A DNA stretch of 64,000 nt from Takakia lepidozioides (Eukaryota; Plantae; Bryophyta). The stretch lies in NCBI GenBank assembly GCA_030704615.1, contig CM060733.1, forward strand, positions 66,650,001-66,714,000, given 5' to 3'. The notes beneath the pieces were generated by a model that ran no database searches, was not told where the DNA came from, and was given only the letters and a program-made list of their open reading frames with translations. A program made the position numbers and the translations under genes. Below, in pieces: positions 1 through 12,108 of the stretch. Numbering within the stretch: the first letter of the stretch is position 1; every line of letters starts with the position of its first letter.

Positions 1-2071
1 ATGTAGTCTCCAAACTGGCGGAATCTATAATGCCACCACGCAAGCCACGTTTGCAGTTCTGGCTGATCTTTCACATCCACTGCCCCTGAAGACACCCACC
101 AGGCGCGTATGGTTGCAAACTCGGTCTCCGCCTCGTCGATGGAATTTGCATTTTTCCACGCTAGGCACATACTGATATGATCCTGCCGGTGGCGTGATGC
201 CACGAACCTTTTCGTGTTTTGCGTCAAACTCTGCATGAAGTGGAACCCGCAAGATCTCTCCTTTCCTTCCATTGGAGTCTTTGGGTCGTCCCCATATACC
301 CTCCTAACTGCAGCCCAGTTTGCCTGGGCATTGTCAGCCATGAAGCCCCTAAAATCGGGAGGGGACAACTTGGCTCTCGCCATTTGCTCATTAATTCCGC
401 GCCACATATGCAACTCCGAATCTGTGTCTTCTCCCTTCATTTCGCAGATAGCAATGGTCATCAACTTTCTGCAATGTGGGTCGTATACATGTGCCCCCAT
501 TGTCAACCAATCGTGGTTGGTAATTCGCCGGATGTGGTCGAACATGACCCAACAATTTGAAAGGTCTCCACTAGTCATCCGCTTCACCAAATCGACGCCG
601 CTCCCCGGTCCGCACGTTGACATCTTAAATATGAAGCACCTGTCCGTCTCCGAGCCTTGACCAGGAAAGAAGCTGCCTTGGATGAAGTCGTAGCCGCATG
701 TGCGCTTCACTTCCAAGATGGAGTGCATGTCTGATCCTCTTCCGATTCATTTCTTGTAGCTGACAATGTGGTTCCTGACATTGGGGCTGCACACATGGGA
801 GACAGCTTCCAGCAGGTCCTTCATGTCCCCCTCGCCCAGCTTCTCTCTTGTGCTTCCGTCCTCCGACATTATTCTGCCAATTGCAATCCTATGTGCCGAT
901 GCGAGCTATATCTGCTTTGGTTTTGCACCCGGCCTCAACCTCACCTCCTCCTTGATAATATCCTGAAAAGCGACTCTGCAATTGCCTCTGGCGAGGGGGT
1001 GCTCATGCTTTCCGATGTGAATGCATGCTCTGGTGCACGCTGGGCCGACGGTCCCGACGTAGTACTGCTTGGCGTTGCACACTGCCATGCACGTAGGGGC
1101 TGCGTTGCAATGGGCACACTTGAACGTCCCTGCAGGAACTCTACCTTGAGGCCAAAATGGGGTCGACGAATTGCCAATCCAGTCAGTCTCATTCCTGGTG
1201 CTTTGCTAGTGTAATGGTAACATGTGCTCGAGAAACATTTAAGATGCCCAGCACACAATACATATCTCACTCGAACTCCATCACCCAGGTTGGACGATGA
1301 AGTTTTGGTGACACACCAAGGGTGGCCGTCATGTTTCCTGTTCATTCCTGCGAGCATGCCGTCTGGGCCTGCGCCTGCCGGCACTGGAGGGAACTCGTAG
1401 ATAGCATTCCCATCCACAACATCAGGCAAAGTTTCCACAGAATGGATTGGAGTTTTGTCGTAATCAAGCCTAAGAAGGTCACTGGAGCGGGAACCCGTTG
1501 TCTTCATCCTCCGCAATATGTCGATTACTGAGCGGACGGAAGTTGAGTCGGACGGTGTATGCTGAACACTCCTAGTGACGGACGACTTCGAAACATACGA
1601 TGGAAGGACCATACAGTCTTCATCGTCACTGGATAAGTCGTGGACGACTGTTTCCCTGTTTTCCTGGATTTCCCTTTTCACATGTTTGGGCTTCTCTGCT
1701 TGTGAAGAGGTGCCCACATCCTTCACATCTTGCACGCCAGACCCTCTTGTGGAAGGAGGATCAACCAAGTTCCAACGTGGGAACTCTTTAGGCACGATTT
1801 CACCAATGGCACTGTACCGGATGGATTCAGAAGCTGGGAGCCGCCACTCTTTGCCTTTTCCGAAATCTGCATGCAGAATGACGGCACTTTCCAGAAAATT
1901 TCCATAAGCATCATTCGTCTCCTCTTCCAAAAACACCGTTCCAGGGCGGAGCCCGAACTTCACACACAAGTACTGCTCACTGACAATCGCAAATCCTTGG
2001 TCGCAGGGTATTTTAGCTTTCAGAGAATCAGGATGGAAGTACACGTTCACCCAAACACGGGAGTCCATTTT
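1..2071 (-). pseudogene. MULE/Mutator-type DNA transposase pseudogene with N-terminal GCM/WRKY-like Zn finger; runs off the left edge
   Basis: ORF 941-2173 carries DGHPWCVTKTS...CAGHLKC. After a frameshift (~1170) the 906-1088 frame gives CNAKQYYV...RACIHIGKHEHP. After an in-frame TGA (~749) my manual translation of 745->1 gives FIFKMS..GSGVDLVKRM..WVMFDHIRR..MGAHVYD..FRGFMADNAQANWAAVRRVY..CGFHFMQS, matching the MULE D..D + CxxH layout. Confidence 0.75.
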
Positions 2072-2699
2072 GAAGACGGGACCTCTCGGTACGCTCCGCA
2101 GCGAAGTCCTGCAATGAGAAGAGTGTGTCCTACCTAATAACACAAATGATTTTCTGGAGGATTCCGTATCCAACAGGATGGGTGATCAGTGCACGTAAAG
2201 ATGAAGGTGTGTAACGTACGTTAAAAAAACGGACGAGAACAACAAGTTCACATCGGATATTTGGTGCCTGAATTGTAATGTACAACCACTTGGGGTACAA
2301 TAAATCAGGCCTTCCCATGAATTTCGGCACCGAAATCTGGATGAACATCTCTGTCATGTAACAGCTTTGGAAGCCAGGGGATGAATTCTGGCAACATAAA
2401 TCGTAATTTGTTTACCTCATTAAACTGACCAAGCATCCAACGGATGGATTTCGGTGCCGAAATTCGGATGAACTTCTTCTTCATTAAATTGTATCTGCAC
2501 ATATGGGTTGAATTTAGATGCCAAAATACGGATGAATGTGTTCCTGATTACAGTCGTGATTCACCACGTGTCCGGATATCGGTGCCGACTTCCGAATGAC
2601 AGTAATCCTGAATCGGCAGAATGGATGTATTTCGGCGCCGAAATTCATTCTTCATCTCCTTTTCCGACCCTAATTCTGCTAAACCATATCTTGTCTCGT

Positions 2700-3203
2700 C
2701 ACCCACCTCCGGTGGACATAGGTGGTCCTAGACCGTCCTTAATATATTTTTCTGTTAGGCTGAAAATTAAATTAATTTACCTTTGTTTTTATTTATTTGA
2801 TCCTTGCTTGAGGTTCTCTACCCCATACCCTAATACATATGTAGATTGCTTACGACACACTGCCTCGCCAGCCACCTTCGGTGGACGTAGGTGGGTCCTT
2901 GACAGACCCTAATATATGGTCAGATAGGCAATAACTTGAAAAACATTTTTTAAAATTACTTGAATTACTTTTCAAGGATTCTGGTTGAGTTTTTTGACCC
3001 TATACCCTGCTGTCTTGTCACCCTCCTTCGGTGGACGTAGGTGGGTCCTGGACAGGCCCTAGTATATGGTCGAATATGTCAAAATTTAGAATAATTTATT
3101 GTTTTTTAATTATTTGATTTCCCTTTCAGGGTTTGTGGTTGAGGTTTTCGATAATAAAACCTCCTGTCTCCTGACCCATCTTCGGTGGACGTAGGTGGGT
3201 CCC
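2700..3203. repeat. Subterminal ~150-bp direct repeats and probable terminus of the MULE element
   Basis: cttcggtggacgtaggtgggtcc is identical at 2876, 3026 and 3180, with a degenerate copy at ~2708. The last copy ends ...gggtccc at 3203 and abuts unrelated integrase sequence. Confidence 0.7.
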
Positions 3204-3206
3204 TAG

Positions 3207-3450
3207 GAATTAGACTTTGTTGGGCCAATCAATCCACCAGCAAGGAATACACAGAACAAGTACATAATCACATCAACTGATTACGCTACTAAGTGGGTAG
3301 AAGCTAAGGCTCTGAGAGATAACACAGCTAAATCTACAGCATGGCTTCTTTATGAGAACATCACCACAAGATTTGGTTTTTATCAGTGATCAGGGAAGTC
3401 ACTTTATCAATGAAACCATTGAGCTGTTGACCAAGGAATTTTTCGTCACA
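3207..3450 (+). pseudogene. Ty3/gypsy integrase (rve) fragment
   Basis: Manual translation: LDFVGPINPPARNTQNKYIITSTDYATKWVEAKALRDNTAKSTAWLLYENITTRFG, then after a frameshift ISDQGSHFINETIELL (D..D motifs of the rve core). Confidence 0.85.
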
Positions 3451-3519
3451 TCAAGCACTCTCAATTTTGGACTAACACACCCTAAGACACTTCTTGAGGG
3501 CTATAACCTTCAGTTCCTA

Positions 3520-4495
3520 TTGAAATGTTTAATTCTAATTTTAACCACTTTAGGCAGCTGAAGATAATGAATGTGCATATAACTCATTTGCACCTTATGC
3601 AACCAACGGTGGTCAGATGTAAATAAAACACCTCATCAGTAAGACACCTTACGCCACCGGAGGTTGTAAGAACCATAGAACTAGATAAATAATTCCCACG
3701 GCCCCACTGCCCAAGAGGCAGTATCAGACCTCACAGTTGCCCGTCCATCTTGAAATATTTGCAATTTGTGCAATTTCGGATATTTCAGCAAACTACCACA
3801 TTAGTGATAAGACTCCTGAAATGCACGGTTGAAATTCCAATATTATATTGAGACTCAGGGGTGAATTATTTCATTAAGATACAGTTGAAATACCATATTA
3901 AATTGATATCCACATCTAGGTTGGAGGAACCACAATTATTGTCATATATATTGGGATTGGGCATTTCATGTGTCATCCAAAAGTGACATATGTTTGCCAA
4001 TATCGTGAAATGTTAAATTCTAATTTTAGTCACTTTAGGCAGCTGAGGATGTCAATGTGCATATATCTCAATGTGCATATATTTGTGGACAGATACAGAT
4101 AATAAACACTTCATCAGCAAATCAGTTAGGTGTAAAATAAATTAAATAACAACAAAAAAAACACCATATGATAAAAATTCATTGAGCTTTACAAGAAAAA
4201 GAACTCCCACAACCCCACCTCCCCAGAGGCAGTACCAAGTCACAGTGCAATTTTGTGCAATTTTTACAATTTTTGATGAGAGATACAATTTTAATACCAA
4301 TTTAAATTGAAATGTCAATGGTATAAAACGTCTCGGGCTGTTTATCTCAGATAAGCTCGGTTGAAATTGCAATATTATATTGAGATTTTGTTTGCACAAA
4401 ACGCTAGGGATGGAATCGAAAGATACAATTGCAATACCAATTTAAATTGAAAATTCCATGGTACATATTGTCTGGGATTGTTTATCTCAGATGCA
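3520..4495. repeat. Degenerate AT-rich local duplications (~490 bp and ~140 bp periods)
   Basis: gaaatgtt.aattctaatttta..cactttaggcagctga at ~3522 and ~4007; cagaggcagta-like block at ~3712 and ~4224; agatacaatt..aataccaatttaaattgaaa at 4281 and 4421. Confidence 0.6.
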
Positions 4496-5267
4496 ACTGC
4501 TTTGAGAACTGAAGGTCCTTTGAAAACTAGCAAGCCCCGTCTTGCCTTCCTTGACACTGGGCTTTCCACATTCAATCAGTTCTTTGCAAACTACGAACAA
4601 CTGTTACATGTTGCCACTACAGTGCTAGTATTATGACCCCATGAACTTGACTTGATAAGACGAATTAGATCATTCTCTTTAGAAATCACACCGAGCACTT
4701 GAGTATGGTTGAGAGATTAAGCCTCATAGCACCGGCCCTAAACGCTTTTGCAATTCTCTTTTCCTCTTCAGCCCTCGTCCTCTTTGCATTGATGTCCCCA
4801 GCAAAGTCTATCTGTTGCAGCTTCAGCTCTGAAACCATTGCTCTATGCTCATGCTCTTTAGCTACAATCGACTTTGTTTGTGCTTGAGAGTGAATAAGTC
4901 TGGTCTCTGCTTTGCACTGCAAAATGAGTTCTTTCTCGTATGCAACAAACTCTGTCTCCGGAGCTCCCACCCGTGCGAAACAATCCTTCTCCTCCTCCCA
5001 TATCTCCTTGTCCGGAGCATGCAACTGAGATGAGAGCTCTTCGAGGTCAAATGAGAGGTTGTGGTACTCGTACATGAGCTGCAACACAACCTCCAGAGAT
5101 TCCATGGTGCTATCAGACTGACAGTATTTATCAACCTCCTACACGATTTTTGTAACCCCTCGGCTGTCGTGCTAGCCACAATACATGTTCTCAGATTCAA
5201 GGCTTCTACTTTCAGTGACTGAATAAACGGCTCTCCTACTACAACATCTTCAGGTGATCATGAGGAG

Positions 5268-5648
5268 TTGTTTGAGCCTCAGCAGACCGAAAATGGGAAC
5301 GGCTCTTCAGCAGAGGACTCCATGGATTCTGACGACGACGAGGATGATGATGAAGATGAGCAGATGGACATTGATGGGGAAGGTGAGGAGATGGAGGTAT
5401 ATGTAGAGGAGGATTTGCGATGGACAAGGGCAAGCATGGAAATCATTGAAATGCATTCCATGGAGTTTGTTATCGCGGGGGAAACATGTCAAGCAACAAA
5501 CGAACAATGCACTGTTTGCCAAGACTGTCCATTAGAGGGCGAATCCGTCCGCATTCTGAGTGAGTGCGGCCATTCCTTTCACTCTCCATGCATTGAAGGG
5601 TGGCTGATTCAAAACGAGTCATGCCCTGTTTGCCGCAATAGGATCTGA
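5268..5648 (+). CDS. Small acidic RING-H2 finger protein or gene fragment (E3 ligase-like); start uncertain
   Basis: CTVC-x13-ECGHSFHSPCIEGWLIQNESCPVCR is a C3H2C3 RING with the conserved Trp, preceded by a D/E-rich tract. The first ATG is at 5322. Confidence 0.7.
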   Translation: MFEPQQTENGNGSSAEDSMDSDDDEDDDEDEQMDIDGEGEEMEVYVEEDLRWTRASMEIIEMHSMEFVIAGETCQATNEQCTVCQDCPLEGESVRILSECGHSFHSPCIEGWLIQNESCPVCRNRI

Positions 5649-8519
5649 GACGTTGTAGTAACTGCAGAAAGAAAACTTATATGTGCTTCATGACACACAA
5701 GTGGCTTAACGAGGCTATTTGAGGTCGACAACGACTATGAGGAATAAAAACAAATTGTACCTCTTTGACGTCAAATTGTACCTCTTTGGCTTCAAATTTT
5801 CAAATTTTGTATGGCGTGTTGTGCTTTAGCTGTTTTGGTCAGCTGGAAAGTGGTTGGACATGTCATTTGATGTTTGCCTAGTAACCTTAAAGTCGACAAC
5901 AACTTTAAGGATACATGAATGTGAATTTCGGTTATTGAGTACCAACACAATATGGTCCGCTATGACTTTCTGAAATGAAAAATACGATGTATTCACACAT
6001 GCGTTGAGGTGAAGGGACATTCCCTCACAGCCGTCGTCCGAATCTAAGACAGTATAGATAGTCAACAACGACTATAAGGAAATGGTGGGGCAAACAGTTG
6101 GATCAGATGAGTAGAGAAGACTTCCCTTAAGCCCAGGGGCCATCCAAGTTGTAATGTGGAGTGGTGCTGGCAGTAAAGATAGGGTACATATGTGGGGCCT
6201 TGAGTGGAGATTTGTCATGCATAGCCTGTAAAAGAGAGATGGAAATTAGTACAATGGGCATAGAATGATGGCATTGTAATACTGATTGAAATTCGCAAGA
6301 TAATGCAGCATTACAATGGGAAGGAAGTAAAGGGCACGTATTGGTTAAGAGCACCATGGAACTAAGTACTGGGGGTCTGTTTTGATTGGCAGGGTTGGCA
6401 GGTCGAGGGCCTAAGGCTGAGTTGGAGGGCCAGGCGGCTAGGCAAATAGGAGAGAGCAGGCACATGGGCAGTGCAGTTAGTGAAGATATAGGCTGATACG
6501 AGTAGTTTATTGTAGAATTTTGGGGTGTGGAATGAGTAGTAAGGGGTGGCGTGCCAAAGGTGGAGACTGACGCAGATCTAGAGGTTGCTCATATGGGATT
6601 GGGGGGGGGGGGGTAGTATAGTATGGATGGGCTAGGCAAGTTTGGTTTAACGATACAGCATTGTGAGAGTACTGGCGGAAACGAGATGTGGGATAACTGT
6701 TGAGCAGAAATTGGAGATGGAACAGTGGGCGGGGTATGGGGTCGAATATGGTAGGGGGGGGGATTGTCCACGGGTGGTAGGTACAGGCGGCAGTGCAATA
6801 TAATAGAGGGAGAGGTAGCGTAGGGGGCGCACCATGGCTGAGAGATCTATTGGAGTAATTAATGTGGCCTAGGTTACTGTTTACAGTGCTGGCAGGCAGT
6901 GGGTGTGTTGCTGAATGGAGGAGCCGAGGGGCTAGATATGAAGCAGGGCACTAGTAGAGGAGCAGCGTAATTGGTGTAGAAATAGGCAGGTTGGGATGGT
7001 TTAGTGGGGAGCAATGGGGTGTGAAATAAGTGGTGGGGGGTATGGTAGCATGGGTGAAGTGGGTTATGGTAAAGGGAGAGATCATGGATGGTGGCTGGCG
7101 TACAACAGGGGTTTCAGAAAGTAAAATTTGGGGGGTAGAGTGCATAGAGGGTAGGCCAAGCAGGTAGAGTTTGGCGATGAAGTACTGCAGTGGGCCTGGC
7201 GGTGGAAAAGTGTGGGAACACTGTTGGACACAAATTGGAGAAAGAACAAAGAGAAAAGTGGAGGGATGCTTGTGATGAAAAGTAGAGTGGTATAAATTTT
7301 GAGTGGGAGGTAAGTATGCTTCCTGGAAGAGAGTGGACATTGAGTTGGAGGAGGTTGTTGTAGGACCCGTTGTCGCAGCTTGAGCTTTTGAACCCAGATG
7401 ATATTGCTTGAAACTATGCCAAGAAGTAGATGGCCACTATCCCCAGGGACCTTGTGTAGGTGATGGCAACCAGATTAGATGCATCTCTGTTGGAGAGCTA
7501 GCCAGCTTGGGGGGCTGTGAGGTTTGAGAAAGAGGGGGGGGGGGTGTGGGGAGTAGCATCCATCCGCCCAACTTGTCGTTAGCGGAACTATAGAATGTCG
7601 TGGTTGTGCACCGCGTGAGGCACTGATTGAGAGCGAAGTGCCCGACTGGGAAACATGGCATTTTAGAGCTGATTGCATATACGTTCGAGGTCGTTGGAGC
7701 AGCCCACGGGGGGTGGTGCGTCGCTGTAGGCCAGGCTGTTACATCGGAAATCCATATCTGATAGAGAGGGGGCGGGTGGTAGATTTTCCAACGCCAGACG
7801 GGGGAGCTTGAATATGCCATAGTGAGGATGGAGAAAATACCCATGGCTCAAAGGAGCGTATACACCGTAAATTGGCTCCCAGGGTTGCTGGTATAGTGAG
7901 CTGTGAGCTGATAGGCGGGATAGTTGTCTTGGACCCTAGTGTGCCTAGCCCGACGAGAAGGGAGGTGTCGTGCGATCGCAAAACATGTTTGCCCATAAAG
8001 AGATAAGAACATGCGCATAAGATGGCTTGAAAGAAGGCGGGAGAGAAAACGAATCTTATAAACGGGGACGGGGGAAGTAGGAATGGCGGGGTGGCAGCCT
8101 TTGAGACTTGATGCGCCAGGCCCGATGAGAGGCCCAATGAGAAGGAAGGCGGCGGGTAGTCGTAGAACCTCTGTGCCTGTAAAACGAAACGAAAATGATC
8201 GAGAAATAACTTGAAAGAAGCGCAGGGAGGAGGCTAATCGTGCATGTAGGGAGAAGGGAAGTAGAGTCGCTGGAGGATGGCTGAGCAGTGTGAAGAGCCG
8301 CAAGGAAAGCGATGGCGAGAGATGGAACTAAGCACGTAGCTAAGGGTAACTTAGTGGAACCTCTAAAGAAAGAGGTAATAACAGTGGCAATAGCAAAAAG
8401 ATGGGGAAACCCTATAGAAGTAGTCATGGCTAAAATTTAGCAGAATCTGGCGGCGGGAGGGCGGAGCTCCACCCTTGGAGTAGCAAAGGCCCAAATAGGC
8501 ATCCTTTCTTTCCTAGATG

Positions 8520-11500
8520 GATTGAAAAATGGGGGCATCTTGGGGGTCGCTAACCCCATTCCCCCTTCAGAGACGCCCCGACGTTGTTTTTCGGCGATCC
8601 ATGGCGCTGGCAAGGGCCTCTTTGTAGCGACGCCCGGCCGTCGCTGCCCTCCAGGCGGCGTTGTATGGGGCGACGGCTCGGCGTCGCAACCTTTTTTTTT
8701 TTTTCAAATGCCCGGTAGAAACACGTGGCACCAGATCGTTTGCGAGGTCCGGGCATCAGCCGCCGACGGGGTGGGGGCACGGGCTGCGACGCCCAGGCGT
8801 CGCAGACTACCATTTTTCTCCAAAAAAAATGCACGTGGCGCAGGGGTGTTGGAAGCAGCGGCGCCCCGACGTGGGTTCTAGCGACCCCCGGACGTCGCAA
8901 AGCAAAAAACCCGTCGCGGGTTTGCGACGCCCGGCAATGGGTTCTAGCGACCCCGCGCGTCGCAAGCCAAAAGTCGCAGCGGGGGTGGGCGTTGCGACGC
9001 CATTCCGTCGCAAGTCCGCGTGGTGGGGGTGGATTTTGGGGATGAATTGGTGGTCATTTTTGTTTTATCCCTGGTTTTTTTGGGGGTGTTGGGAGACCTT
9101 ACAACTTCCATTGCTCTGATTTAGCAGGTACACAATTTGGTTTATTGCATGGGTTTGAGCAAGCATGAATCGAGGGTGAGGCCGGTGCGACACATGAATA
9201 ACATGAAAGATGGAAAGATGGAAATATATTTACAAGCAATGAGCTAAAATGCTTTGCTCACAAGGGTTCAGTAGGCTGACTCCGGGACCTACACGGACTA
9301 GGACTAGTCATCCTCATCCTCATCCTCGGCAGACTCATAGCTATCCGATGAGCCTGATGACTCCACGCCCTTTGCCTGAGCATCTAAACCAGGCGGTGGT
9401 CCCTAAAGTCCCATAGAGCTCTCATCCAATCCCTGGCCATGATCCCCTCTCTCATCCATACTAGTGCCCTGTAGTGCACTCATCCCCTCCGTGTTGGCCA
9501 TGTTGTTCATGAGGGATTGCCAACCATGCTCCTTGGCCTAGAGTCATACTCTACCGGGGATGGCTTCCTCTTAAACGTGCTTTGCTACACATGCCACAAA
9601 TTAAAGTCAGTTGCTCACGATGATGGAGCCAGAAAGAAGACATAACAAAATACATAGGGAAGTACGACTTACAAATCGGACGATAAAACCCTTGGATTCG
9701 CCGGGCCCCACTTGTGGACAAAGTCAAGCTTCTCAAGGCGGATTGTTGTTGCTTCGCGTGCCTTCTCAAAACTGGCCTTCTTTGCCGCATCATTCTCTCC
9801 CGCAATGAGCGCATCGCACGATACCTACCCCCCCCCCCCAATTAATGAATCACACACATACATTGCATGGAATCCACCTCATTAATGCACATGCAACAAA
9901 TGGAAGGTGAAATGATTCAAGGATTTGCCAACATGTGAAATTCCAAAAGGTGGTTTGGGTTGGACCCCATTTGCCATTGCCTTCTGAATGGTCTCTCTGG
10001 CATAGTACCTCTTGTCCTTCAAGTTCCGCCCCACCATCTCCATCATCCTTGTGTCACTCCAATTGCCTGGAAACCGGCGGTCTAACTCACAGGCAAACGC
10101 CCGCCTCTGGCCGTAGTGCTGTTGAGCCCACTCAATGTGCCAATGGAACCATCGCGCTGCGAGTTCGAAGGCTTGCTTCTTCATAACCTCCCAAAACTCA
10201 CCGCAGGGGTCACCATGGAGATTGACCTCCTCCACCGGTGGCACCACAATCTTTGCCAACTCCACCTCCTCTGCCCCCCGGGTTTCTTCTTCTTCCCACC
10301 CTCTCCCTTCTTTGTAGCCTCCTTCCCTTGCTCATTTGTTACCCCATTGCCCTCCCTCGCATGCACAATATTCACCACTTCGTCTCCAAGGGACTCCTTC
10401 TTTTTCTTCTTCTTTTCGTGCCCCTTCTCCACGACTACCGCCTTCCCCTTCCCCGCTACGTCCTCTCTCTCCTTCTCCCTCTCCCTTCTCTCTCTCTTGT
10501 CGGCAGCCCCTTCATTGATGGTAAAAGGGACCTCGGGAGGACGAGGTCTCTTCTTCTTACCTTTGGTGTTCAGGTCCTTTGTGAACACTATGTGCCCACA
10601 TGGCACATAAGCCTGTCCCAAATTTGTCAAATTCTCTATCCCGCAGGCTCTGTAGATCGGGACATGTATAGTGCAGGGATTAAAAGGCCAAAGAGCCGTC
10701 TTTTGGCATAATCATAACAAGATGTGTTGCATCCCTTGCAGGGTAAGAACAACCTTGATAGGCCATCATAGTAATGCACCCCAAGTCCTTTCACCATGAC
10801 ACGCATGATTATTCCAACTGTTCGAGACAAGGCTGAATCGAGATCATGAAATCCAGGAAAAACGCACGGTTGTGCCTGGTTCAAACAGAAAGCTGTATCT
10901 TAAGCAGCCACCAGGATGATCATAACCAACACCCTTTTCGTCGTGACCTAGGGGCATTGGAAAAAACATTGGATAGGGAGTACTCCCTGTTATCCTGGTT
11001 GAACTTTTTTTTTCCCAAAACATTTTCGTTATCATGAATCCCTTTTCACCGTTTAAATCCAGTTGGATTTAGGTAAAGGGTAAACATGAAAAGTTCCTGC
11101 CTGTTACTTTCTTGAAAGAAAGAAAAAACGGGAAATTATAGTAACAAGATTGAAGAGAGGGAGAGATGGAGAGAGGGGGCATGCTCAGTTACTCCCCCCC
11201 CTACATTTTTTTATTTTATTTTTTTTCCTCGTCATCTCTCCCTCTCTCTTTCCCTCTGTCCCTCTCCCTCCCTCTCCCCCTTGGTCTATGTCAAAGAACT
11301 TAGACTTCTGTCCATTAACAGTGACACAACTTTTGGTGTGAACATACAAGTTATGGACAACTCTCCACATCTTTCCCTTGATCCCACATGACAGAGGCGG
11401 AGCCATAGACCATCTCTCCACCCTGTGCTTGATAAGCTCGTTGACAATGCCATCAGGACCGGCAGCTTTATATCCGTTATAATGCTCAATTGCTTCCACA

Positions 11501-12108
11501 ATCTCATGAGAATGGGAGCGTTGTAAGCCTTTGAAATATACTCCAATTCATCAGGGCTGTTTTGAATCATTGGAACAGTTGTCCCAACTGTGTCCTTCCA
11601 TTCTTCAGAGGAAGGGGGAGGGATCAGGTCAAAGGACGTACCTAAATCTGCGCGAGCTGCTGCTGCTGTTGGTGGTGGCGCCGGCGCTGCTGTCGCAGCT
11701 GCCAACGCGGGTCCCCGCGCCTGGGTCTCTCTCCCCCCGCGACCCCGCGCCTCTCTATTTCTCTTTCCCTTCCTTTGCTCCGCCTCTGCGCGGCGCTTCT
11801 ACCACACAGGAGAGAGAGAGGTAAGCTCTGGGTTTGGGGCAAGAGAGCAAGAGAGAGAGTGAGGAAGGAGGCGGGATTACAGGTCTGCGCAGCGTTGGAG
11901 CGGCGTTGGGACGATCTCCTCTCGACTTTGCGACCGGCTCGGGCTGAGCGGCAGGTTTGTTGCTCCTCCACCCTAAACCCTACTCTCTCAACTCTCTCAA
12001 CTCTCTCTCTCCCAAACAACAAATGAAAACAGAGGGGGAGAGGAGGTGCTTCAAGCACTTAGAAAAAACGAAGGGCGCGGCGCCGACGTGCGACGCCTGG
12101 TGCTAGGT
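8520..12108 (-). mobile_element. Degraded CACTA/CMC-like DNA transposon remnant with TnpA/Transposase_24-like accessory gene (~9310-11035)
   Basis: Broken minus-strand frames: K-rich tract, VNLHGDPCGEFW..WFHWHIEW..GRNLKDKRYYAR, HKWGP motif, acidic C-terminus. There is a dense array of gcgacgcc/ggcgtcgc motifs at 8520-9020, and the same motif recurs at 12090 just before a GCTAGGTG end. Confidence 0.5.
11279..11612 (-). mobile_element. Internally deleted fragment of the same LINE family found at 48967-53697
   Basis: WKDTVGTTVPMIQNSPDELEYISKAYNAPI, EAIEHYNGYKAAGPDGIVNELIKH and SCGIKGKMWRVVHNLYVHTKSCVTVNGQKSKFFDIDQG are near-identical to the LINE ORF. About 370 bp between IKH and WRDG is missing. 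Confidence 0.9.
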
